Of a stretch of DNA of 64,000 nucleotides, positions 53,435 to 64,000 are shown piece after piece. Location: assembly GCA_951406725.2 (NCBI GenBank), contig OX597826.1:71486001-71550000 (forward strand), written 5' to 3'. A program made the position numbers and the translations under genes. The notes beneath the pieces are model-generated. The model searched no databases and was not told the DNA's origin. It saw only the letters and a program-made list of their open reading frames with translations. This stretch comes from Octopus vulgaris (Eukaryota). Each line of letters opens with the position of its first letter. Position 1 is the first letter of the stretch.

Positions 53435-53591
53435 TAATTATACCAAAAAAAGGGGGTTGGTTTTCGATCAAAAGGGAACGTAAAAGGAAAGAAAGAGGAC
53501 AAAAAAAGGGGAGGATTTTAAAAAAAAGGGGGGGGAGAAAAGGGGAGACGAAAAAAAGTTGATCAATAGGGATCGTAATCACAGAAATGTC

Positions 53592-53661
<70 letters not shown>

Positions 53662-54104
53662 TACACACAGTTAATGAACCTACTCCTACCCCTGTAATCT
53701 TTCTTCCTCTCCTTTCTACTCCTTTACTCCTTGCTTCTCTTCTTTTCCTTTATCACTTTCACATAGCACAATCACTCCACTACTCCGATCACAATCACCA
53801 CACACACACACACACACACACACGCACGCACAGTATACTAAAACCCCGACCAGCTTTACTACTTTCAGTATTGTTTGTCCTCAACACACAGAACATATTA
53901 CTAATGCTAGACGTTAGTTAACAAGCAGAACAAAGAGCAGAATGGTTCATCTGACCGTAACCTGGTCCTCCTACTTTTAACTAACTCAACACCTACCACC
54001 CGCTTGACATAAACCCTGCTACCCCAAATGACACAGCCCATTTTCCCTTCAATAACTGACACGACAAACTTTTCATTTTCTTTTCTTGTAACTTTCTCAA
54101 CATA

Positions 54105-54501
54105 CAGGAGTGGCCGTGTGGTAAGTAGCTTGCTAACCAACCACATGGTTCCGGGTTCAGTCCCACTGCGTGGCATCTTGGGCAAGTGTCTTCTGCTATA
54201 GCCTCGGGCCGACCAAAGCCTTGTGAGTGGATTTGGTAGACGAAAACTGAAAGAAGCCTGTCGTATATATGTATATATATATATAAGTGTGTGTATATGT
54301 TTGTGTGTCTGTGTTTGTCCCCCTAGCATTGCTTGACAACCGATGCTGGTGTGTTTACGTCTCCGCCACTTAGCGGTTCGGTAAAAGAGACCGATAGAAT
54401 AAGTACTGGGCTTACAAAGAATAAGTCCCGGGGTCGGTTTGCTCGACTAAAGGCGGTGCTCCAGCATGGCCGCAGTCAAATGACTGAAACAAGTAAAAGA
54501 A
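54105..54501 (+). mobile_element. SINE family B, near full length, flanked by direct repeats of about 145 bp
   Basis: Head, CORE-like segment and tail present. 53958-54106 is repeated at 54502-54644. Confidence 0.88.
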
Positions 54502-54976
54502 TAACCTGGTCCTCCTACTTTTAACTAACTCAACACCTACCACCCACTTGACATAAACCCTGCTACCCCAAATGACACAACCCATTTTCCCTTCAATAAC
54601 TGACACGACAAACCTTTCCTTTTCTTTTCTTGTCCCAACATACATTCACGTTCACGCTGTCTACACTAAATACTAGGTTCAATACAAACAGCTCTCGCTA
54701 TTAATACGTACCATGCCTCTTGCTAGAACCTAACTGGCAGTTGCATTGAACATTTCGTTGTGCAGTGATGCACAATCTAAGAGAATACGTTTTGAATGTT
54801 ATATTCTCTCACCACCACCGTCCTGGTTACATTGTAGGTTTGTAGTTTCCAGTGATGACCGACAAAGAAGGTGGAGACAGAATGCATTCTGTCAGCTGGG
54901 CTGGAGTGAACGTGTGGGTGGATGAGGGCAACGAGTTAGTCTTTCAGCTAATATTGAGGCTAAGGCAAAATATTGG

Positions 54977-55121
54977 GGATCTTTTCAGTTTGAAGGCCAG
55001 ATTTTCCTAGTTAACTAAACAATTTGAAACTTCGTATGCTGGTAGAATGTGTCAAAAGAAAACATAATTGTAAACCAAAATGAAAACGGAATTGTAATTT
55101 CTAAGTTTAACGAAAAGATCC
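54977..55121. mobile_element. Merlin-like MITE, short copy
   Basis: aatattgg-GGATC..GATCC-aatattgg (8-bp TSD). Confidence 0.8.
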
Positions 55122-55152
55122 AATATTGGCCAAGGTAATGCACTGAAAAAAC

Positions 55153-55383
55153 TATTTCTTTACTACCCACAAGGGGTTAAACACAGAGAGGACAAACAAG
55201 GACAAACAAACGGATTAAGTAGATTATATCGACCCTAGTGCGTAACTGGTACTCAATTTATCGACCCCGAAAGGATGAAAGACAAAGTCGACCTCGGCAG
55301 AATTTGAACTCAGAACGTAACGGCAGACGAAATACGGCTACGCATTTCACCCGGCGTGCTAACGATTCTGCCAGTTCGCCGCC
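55153..55383 (-). mobile_element. SINE family A
   Basis: Full reverse-complement copy. Confidence 0.85.
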
Positions 55384-55948
55384 TAAAACCGAAGTAAAGT
55401 TAAGAACAGAAATAATGATATTGGGGGAGAGTAGAATAATGTATTCACTACAGTAAGGGTATGGTAGACTAAGGTAAGGAAGGTCAGGTTAAGATCCATG
55501 GAAGCCCTAAGCACTTAAAAATATTTTGATGCCCCCATTGTCGTCGTCATCATCATCATCATCATCATCATTTAATATCTGTTCTCTATGCTAGCATGGA
55601 TCGGACGGTTTGAAGAGCATAATTTATATTCAGTGTGAAAGTAGTTACAGAGTCGGGCTTATAATCATGAGGTAGTTGCACGTCGGACTCACACTCCACT
55701 CGTGAGTTCAGTTCCCAGACAGGGCGGTGTGTTGTGTTCTTGAGCAAGACACTTTACTTCATATTGCTCCAGTTCACTCAGCTGTAGAAAATGACTTGCA
55801 ACATCACTGATGCCAAGCTACATCGTCCTTTCCCTTGGATAACATCGGTGGCGTAGAAAGAGGGGAGCTGGTATGCATGGGCGATTGCTGGTCTTCTATA
55901 AACAACACTGCCTGGACTTATGCTTCGGAAAGTATCATACTAGCTTTA

Positions 55949-56180
55949 GGCAGCGAGCTGGCAGAAACGTTAGCGCGCCAGGCGAAATGCGTAGCCGTAT
56001 TTCGCCCGCCGTTACGTTCTGAGTTCAAATTCCGCCAAGGTCGACTTTGCCTTTCATCCTCTCGGGGTCGATAAATTAAGTACCAGTTACGCACTGGGGT
56101 CGATGTAATCGACTTAATCTCTTTGTCTGTCCTTGTTTGTATCCTCTGTGTTTAGCCCCTTGTGGGTAGTAAAGAAATAA
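55949..56180 (+). mobile_element. SINE family A
   Basis: Full copy. Confidence 0.85.
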
Positions 56181-56534
56181 TTATTCTAGCTGCAATCCCA
56201 TGGCCATTCATGACCAAAGGGGGTCTTTACCCTTTTATTTATGTTCAAAAAGTTTCCTCCTACGTTTTTTTAATTGCAAGGTCTTTGATCAGATCCTCAA
56301 AATTAATCTTGCATAACACATTTGATAAGTATATTTTTGATCATATAAACCACTTTGAATATTATTTTAGCAAGTTTAAAGAGATTTCTTTCATGCCATA
56401 AACCATTTCTCATTTCTGTGGCGCTTCTCCTTCCCTAGATGCCCAAAGTGCATGCTTATTTTACTTAATGGTTAATCTAGCTCTGGAAGTAATGTATAGG
56501 GGGAAAGTAAAGTATAGAAAAACATACAAATATA

Positions 56535-56920
56535 GGCGCAGGAGTGGCTGTGTGGTAAGTAGCTTGCTTACCAACCACATGGTTCTGGGTTCAGTCCCAC
56601 TGCATGGCACCTTGGGCAAGTGTCTTTTACTGTAGCGTGGAGCCAACCAAAGCCTTATGAATGGATTTGGTAGGCAGAAATTGAAAGAAGCCTGTCACGT
56701 GTTTACGCGCGCGCGCGCGCGCGTGTGTGTGTGTGTCCACTTGGCAACCAGTGCTGGTATGTTTATGTCCCTATAACTTAGAGGTTCGGCAAAAGAGACC
56801 AATAGAATATGTACCAGGCTTAAGCAAAAAATAAGTACTTTTGACTAAAATTTCTTCAAGGGGGTGCCCCAGCATGGCCACGATCCAATGATTGAAATAC
56901 GTAAGAGATAAAAGGTATAA
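56535..56920 (+). mobile_element. SINE family B
   Basis: Head ggcgcaggagtggctgtgtggtaag. Confidence 0.85.
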
Positions 56921-57017
56921 GCACGAAAGTGTGCAAACATCCTTTGTAAGGATAATTCCTGTCATATCAACAACTGATGGAAATCTTCATATTTCAAATG
57001 AAAACTTTCAACAACCA

Positions 57018-59300
57018 ACATCATCATCATCATCATTGATTAACGTCTGTTTTCCATGCTGGCATGGGTTGGACGGTTTGACGGGGGACTGACAAGCCAG
57101 TAGGCTGCACCAGGCTCCAATCTGGTCTGGCAGACTTTCTGCAGCTGGATGCCCATCCTAACGCCAACCAATCTGAGAGCGTAGTGGGTGTTTTTTACGT
57201 GCCACCGGTACAGGATCCATGAAGGTGGCTCTGGCAACGATCACATGCGGATAGTGTCTTTTTACGTGCCACCGGCACAGGATCCAGTAGGCCGGGCCTG
57301 GCAACGACCACGTGCGGATGGTGTTTTTTACGTGCCACCAGCACAGGAACCAGTAAGGGGGTACTGGCGTCGGCCAATATCGTTTGGTGCTTTGATATAA
57401 ATTGTTGCATTAGTCGTGGGACAAATGGAGCAAATAATTTTAGTGGGTTACATAACACAGTGTTGATGAGATTCAGAAACATAAACCCAAAAATTGCATT
57501 TGTCAAAAGAACATGCCACAATTTGGTATTATGCTGCCAAAAGGCATTGGCATGTTCTCCTTCTAAATTAACTTTCCTGATACCAGAAATTGCTAATTGT
57601 TTTAGCAGTAGCACCCTTCGTTGGGGGGGGGGATTACAAGAAAAGTTATTTAGTAATGAATGGTGGAAATATATGCTGGTACAAGTTTGTCAGCCCTGTC
57701 GTGATTGGTCTGTCAGAGGGAAAATGTACAAGGATAATCTTACAGCAATGGGAGGTTCTCAAAATGTATAAATGTCAATTATTGAAAAGGAAAAGAATTT
57801 TATGGTGTGTACTTTAAATTATATGCTTTGAGACAAACCTAGTAAACTACTTTCTGTTTGTTTGCTTAATATCTAAAATCACAAGTTTATACATGCAACT
57901 TTTTTGTACCCTTTCGATACCAACTGGCTCTGGCTCTGAAGTACAAATGTCACGTTTTCATAAGTTTTGAATCAAAATATTCCAGCAAACCTTAGCAAAC
58001 CGCGATATGGAGAGGGATTACTGTATTTAGATAATCCACAACCATCCATCATGTTTAAATGTGCTTTATCTCTGTTGCATTTAAAGTGGCCGTATCCAGC
58101 CTAAATACGTGATGTCGCTTTGCATTTATACTAAAATAAATGCAACTTAAGACGAAAATTTATCATTAAGCTAAATTTTGACTAAGGTTTGCTGGAAGAT
58201 TTTAATTCAAAACTAAATATTCACACCTAACCTATAATGTCATCATCATCATCATCATCGTTTAACGTCCGCTTTCCATGCTAGCATGGGTTGGACGATT
58301 TTGACTGAGGACTGGCGAACCAGATGGCTGCACCAGGCTCCAATCTTGATCTGGCAGAGTTTCTACAGCTGGATGCCCTTCCTAAAGCCAACCACTCTGA
58401 GAGTGCAGTGGGTGCTTTTTACCTGCCACTGGCACAGGGGTCAGTCAGGCGGTACTGGCAACGACCTCGCTCGAATCTTTTTACACATGTCACTGGCACA
58501 GGTGCCAGTAAGGCGACGCTGGTAACGATCACGCTTGAATGGTGCCTTTTACGTGCCACCGACACGGAAGCCAGTTAGCCGCTCTGGCAACGATCACGCT
58601 TGGATGGTGCTCTTGGCACTCTACTAGCACGGGCACAAGTGTCAGTAAGGCGACGCTGGTAACGATCACTGCTGATTCTAAAGATAGCCAATCACATCAT
58701 CAGAATCACAAAGCTACAAAATAATTCGAAGCAATGTGAGCAAATAATCATTACGTTACATGTGACAAAGGAAACTGGATACTAAAGGGTTAAGATATAT
58801 GTGAATGTGTGTCTGCCTAAATGTTTGCTCGTGAAATCGAAATCAAACTCGGTGACTGGCATCCGTTGCTAGGGGAGCACTGAGTGTACCATACGAGTGA
58901 GATGGTGGCCAGAGCAACAAGCTGGCCTTCGTGTCGATGGCACGTTAAACACACCATTCGAGCGTGATCGTTACCTGCGTCACCTTACTGGCACTTGTGC
59001 TGGTGGCACATGAAAAAAAAACATTCGAGCGAGGTCGTCGCCAGTGCCGCTGGATTGGATCCTGTGCAGGTGGCACGCAAAAAGCACCATTTGAGCGTGG
59101 CCGTTGCCAGTACCACCAAACTGGCCCTCGTGCCGGTGGCACGTAAAAGCATCCACTACACTCTCGGAGTGGTTGGCATTAGTAAAGGCATCCAGCTGTA
59201 GAAACTCTGCCAGATCAGATTGGAGTCTGGTGCAGCCATCTGGTTCGCGTCCAACCCATGCTATCATGGAAAGCGGACGTTAAATGATGATGATGATGTC
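57018..59300. mobile_element. Cluster of three (CAT)n-tailed RTE-like retroposon 3' ends with internal minisatellite
   Basis: catcatcgtttaacgtccgctttccatgctagcatgggttggacg.. at about 57020 (-), 58240 (-) and 58830-59297 (+). Internal repeats of about 60 bp (ttttacgtgccaccggcacagg). Confidence 0.7.
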
Positions 59301-59586
59301 TTTTTGTGTTTATTTCTCACAGCCTGACAACTAGTGTCACTTTGTTTTCATCCTTCTCACTTGGTGATTTGGAAAAATAAATAAAAGAAATCAGGTAGAA
59401 TAGATTCAGACTTAAAAATATACATAAGTGGCACAGCCTACTGGCTTGCCAGTCCCCCAGTCAAACCGTCCAACCCATGCCAGCATGGAAAACGGACATT
59501 AAACAATGATTATGATAATGATGACTGCCACTATACGACCACAGTCTAATATCTGATGCACGCAAAGGAATAAATGAATATATATT

Positions 59587-59618
<32 letters not shown>

Positions 59619-59689
59619 ATCATCATCATTTAACGTCCACTCTCTATGGCAGCATGGGTTAGGTGGTTTGACTGGAACTGGTAAGCCGA

Positions 59690-60275
59690 AATTTGGGGGA
59701 GGGGTATAGTCGATTAAATCAACCCCAGTACGCACTGGTACTTAATTTATCGACCCCGAAAGGATGAACGGCATAGTCGACCTCAGCGGAATTTGAACTC
59801 AGAACGTAACAGCAGAGGAAATACTTATTTCTTTACTACCCACAAGGGGCTAAACACAGAGGAGACAAACAAAGACAAACATAGGTATTAAGTCGATTAG
59901 ATCGACCCCAGTGCGCAACTGGTACTTAATTTATCGACCCCGAAAGGATGAACGGCATAGTCGACCTCAGCGGAATTTGAACTCAGAACGTAACAGCAGA
60001 GGAAATACTTATTTCTTTATTACCCACAAGGGGCTAAACACAGAGGAGACAAACAAAGACAAACATAGGTATTAAGTCGATTAGATCGACCCCAGTGCGC
60101 AACTGGTACTTAATTTATCGACCCCGAAAGGATGAAAGGCAAAGTCGACCTCGGCGGAATTTGAACTCACAACGTAACGCAGACGAAATACGGCGACGCA
60201 TTTCGCCCGGCGTGCAGAGGAAATACTGCTAAGCATTTCACCTGACATGCGAATGTTCCTGTCAGCTCGCCACCT
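59690..60275 (-). mobile_element. Tandem SINE family A array
   Basis: Units of about 184 bp repeated three times. Confidence 0.85.
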
Positions 60276-60817
60276 TGAGAATCAAAATAGATATTGCAAG
60301 AACATCCTGTCTAATGGTCTACATTTCTTTCTTTAGCAATTACATCTATATATATATATATAAAATTCCTTGTCTGTCTGTTCTCAATACATTTTCAAAG
60401 AGCTCAACCAAATCAAATCAAATTTTACATAGTAATAGTATCAGACTCCATGAGTGCCAACATGCAATTTTTTTTCATTTGGATTAAAACAATATAACGT
60501 TGGCACTGGTTCGGTATTACATGTCAAAAGTGAAAAAATAACATCTATATTGTAATGTGATATAATAATGTTTCACTTTTATTCTTTCACTTTTAATTCT
60601 ATTGTGAACAACATTACACATTGGCAACTTTCCATCTTTATGGCCATGAGAGCGAAATGGTGTCAGTGTATGTGTGTTGACTGACATAATGAACAGCTGG
60701 AGGAGAAACTCTTGACAAAAAACAATGAGGTAGCAGGTTCGAGGTATATAAAAATACACATTTACCGTTCAATTACCAGTTAACAATTACCACAACAGTT
60801 GCAAATTTACCATTAAA

Positions 60818-61125
60818 CTAGCAGTATCGCCCGGCGTTGCTCGGGTTTGTTTCGACCCTTTAGAATTGGAATTTTTGAAAAGTAAAAATTTTGTATTATG
60901 TAGCTTGTTATTCTCTATTAGTGAACATTTTTCTGGTTGAAATACACCAAAAAATGGCGACACAGCAGTCAAAAGATCGTAAAAAATAGGGATTTTCATA
61001 GAAAAAAAGCACCTTTTTGATGTAAATAATTTTTGGTGTTAACTTGGTCCGATTTGAACTTTTTCTTCTACGGAAGGAAGAGCAAGCCTTCTTCTATCAT
61101 ACTCTCAATTTTGGTCAACTTTCAG
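60818..61125 (-). mobile_element. Non-autonomous Helitron 3' part
   Basis: ctagcagtatcgcccggcgttgctcggg is the reverse complement of the hairpin plus CTAG end. Confidence 0.7.
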
Positions 61126-61281
61126 AAAATTCACACGATCCGATTTTTCCCTTATAACTTTCAGGAAAATGGATATATATATTGATGAAATTTTATAGAA
61201 ATACCATTCAAACAGCACAAATTTCGATTATAAAGAAATATTGACAGCAAAATAAGTACGTGCTTAGCACATCAAGAAAAA

Positions 61282-61851
61282 TGGGGCACCACAGAAATAG
61301 TAAATGGTTTATGATACAAAAGAATCGCTTTAAACTTGCTAAAATAATATTCGAAGTGGTTTATATGATCGGATATATAAGTAACAGATGTGTTATGTAA
61401 GATTAATTTTGAGGATCTAATCAAAGACTTTGCAATTAAAAAACGTAAAAGAAAACTTTTCAAATATAAATTGGGGCACCACAGAAATAGTAAATGGTTT
61501 ATGATACAAAAGAATCGCTTTAAACTTGCTAAAATTATATTCGAAGTGATTTATATGATTGGATATATAAGTAACAGATGTGTTATGTAAGATTAATTTT
61601 GAGGATCTAATCAAAGACTTTGCAATTAAAAAACGTAGGAGAAAACTTTTCAAATATAAATTGGGGCACCACAGAAATAGTAAATGGTTTATGATACAAA
61701 AGAATCGCTTTAAACTTGCTAAAATAATATTCGAAGTGGTTTATATGATCGGATATATAAGTAACAGATGTGTTATGTAAGATTAATTTTGAGGATCTAA
61801 TCAAAGACTTTGCAATTAAAAAACGTAGGAGAAAACTTTTCAGATATAAAT
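61282..61851 (+). repeat. 190-bp tandem repeat (3 units) containing a hAT transposase C-terminal fragment
   Basis: Units start at 61282, 61472 and 61662 and encode DVLCKINFEDLIKDFAIKKRRRKLF. A single reverse copy lies at about 56262-56425. Confidence 0.75.
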
Positions 61852-62044
61852 TAAGTCAAAGCATAGAAAAATAAACATTATTTTCTGTTTTACTGTTAGT
61901 TTTGTTTCGTTTTGGAAAATAAAAAATTATTTTATGGATTCTTATTGTTTATATTTTGAATTACGTGTATATGAGGGCACCAAAATCTTTTAAGAGCTTG
62001 GGTCTTCTATGGGTCTTAATCCGGTCCTGTTGATATATTAGTTG

Positions 62045-62275
62045 TTTCTTTATTACCCACAAGAGGTAATACCATAGAGGGGACAAACAAGGACAGACAA
62101 ACGAATTAAGTTGATTACATCGACCCCAGTGCGTAACTGGTACTTTATTTATCGACCCCGAAAGGATAAAAGGCAAAGTCGACCTCGGCGGAATTTGAAC
62201 TCAGAACATAACGGCAGATGAAATACGACTATGCATTTCGCTCGGCGTGCTAACGTTTCTGCCAGCTCGCCGCCC
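62045..62275 (-). mobile_element. SINE family A with TSD
   Basis: Flanked by ctgttgatatatta on both sides. Confidence 0.85.
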
Positions 62276-62589
62276 TCTGTTGATATATTAATTTTCATTT
62301 CCATCCAAATCGACTTTCTTGTCATTTGAAACCCTATTATTTAGTCTCGAAGGTATCCACAGTTAGAAAATATAAAAAAGAAAAAGAAGTAAAAAGAAGG
62401 AATTTTAACTTGGTGTCTTTTTGAGTGTTGTCTACCAAATAGAAATTGAAGTAATGTTTCTGTGTACATCAGGTAAAATAAAACTTTGTTGTCTTTTCTG
62501 CGGTTCGACATTAGAAATCTGCTCCTTCCTTAGCAAAAGATTTCAAATAATTAAATATCGTAGAACATGCAAAAATACTCATGTACATA

Positions 62590-63790
62590 CGGGGTTGGAC
62601 AAAATAATGGAAACACCTTCAAATTTCAAACAAATTTATTCTAATATGGTGTATGACCGCCTTTGGCAGGACTCGTACGAAGTTTGAATTGTTTCCAAAG
62701 GAATTTTTGTCTATTCTTCAGCTAAAACAGTCTCCAGTTCTTATAGTGATGATGGTGGAGGATATTGACTTCTTATTTGTTTTTCTAAAATGCACCATAA
62801 ATGTTCAATAATATTGAGATCTGGGGACTCTGGTGGCCAGATAAGATGTTCAACTTCACTAAAATGTTCCTCGTACCATTCAGTAACAATTTCAGCTGTG
62901 TGAATTGGTGCATTATCATCCTGAAAGATTGCGTTTCCACTCCGGAAACAGTTCCGCAATCATAGGATGAATTTGATCAGATAAAATGCTTAAATAGTCT
63001 TGACTATTAATTTTGCCATGAAGGGAAACCATTGGGCCAGCGGATTTCCAAGATATAGCCCCCATCCCCGATCATCACAGATCCTCCTCCATGTTTAACA
63101 GTTGGAAGAAGGCAGTCTGGGTCAGATGCCTCTTTTGGCTGTCTCTACACATATAATCGGCCGATGGTCGGAAATAAGGTAAAGAATGACTCGCCCGAGA
63201 AAATAACTTTCTTCCACTGCTCTAAGGACCAATTCTGTAGCTTTTACTCCACTTTAAACGCTTTGAAGCGTTTGTTTTTGAAAGTAGTGGTTTTCTGATT
63301 GCAACCCTCCAGTGAAATCCGGCTTTGTGCAGCTTCCAGCGAACAGTTTTTGCGGAAACTGGGTTCTCGAGGTGGTCATTAAGCTCTGCAGTAATTTTGG
63401 GAGCTGTACTTTTGTGATCTTTTCTAACAATTCGCGTAAGAATTCAATGGTCCCTATCTGAAAGTTTTGGTTTTCTTCTGGAGTTTTATTTCGACGAGGA
63501 GGTTTTTCCTTCTTTCTCAAAGGCTGTCATTACTTTCGAGACAGTACTTCTTGATACACCAAACAACCAAACATTTCGGCTGCTTTCGATACGCTAGCGC
63601 CTGCCATACGAGCACCAACTATTTGACCTCTTTGAAAGTCCGATAGATCTGTCATTTTAATGAATTTTAATTACCTTTTCCTGATGATATCTGAAAAGAA
63701 GCAGCAATTATAGCAAAACATATTAAGAAATACTAATAATAAATCAACAAACATAAAAAGAAACTAGCTTTTGGCGGTTTTATAGATATT
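62590..63790 (-). mobile_element. Tc1-type (DD34E) transposon pseudogene
   Basis: Minus strand MTDLSDFQRGQIVGARMAG from 63655, FQDDNAPIH, WPPESPDLNIIEHLW. One TIR at 62590 (cggggttggacaaaataatggaaacacc). Confidence 0.88.
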
Positions 63791-64000
63791 ATAAAAGACC
63801 TATGAAATGTAATCTTTGCCTCTCTGAAAAATTCTTCATCCTGTTCCAGGATAAAAACGCTTTGAACTAGAGACGCGAGCTCTTAAATTCCTACAGGTAC
63901 GCCACAAAATTTAAAATGTCAACCGACAAAATACCGTATGGGTAAAATGTTTTGACTTTCGGAATATTTTTTTACTGTCGCATCTGAATTTGACTTTACA

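Overview
Repeat-dense animal genomic DNA. The SINE, microsatellite and transposon content suggests an octopus or other coleoid cephalopod (inference). There is one clear host gene, a single-coding-exon GT31 beta-1,3-galactosyltransferase-like ORF (37654-38862). The rest is mobile DNA and microsatellite: a near-intact Penelope-like retroelement (PLE, 6243-12175; RT plus C-terminal GIY-YIG, an upstream basic ORF1, a 1.36-kb inverted 3' copy, three hammerhead ribozyme motifs, both ends in (TA)n), a Helitron Pif1 relic, non-autonomous Helitrons, mariner/Tc1/hAT relics, a solo LTR, a 3-kb foldback element, MITEs, LINE fragments and many tRNA-SINEs. The most striking hidden signal is about 17 minimal hammerhead-ribozyme-like motifs from roughly ten different repeat families, found by eye. 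They include U3-A8 core covariants, very long loop-II forms, a possible permuted form, and one in a tRNA-headed SINE-like element. All folds and coordinates were derived manually and are unverified computationally.
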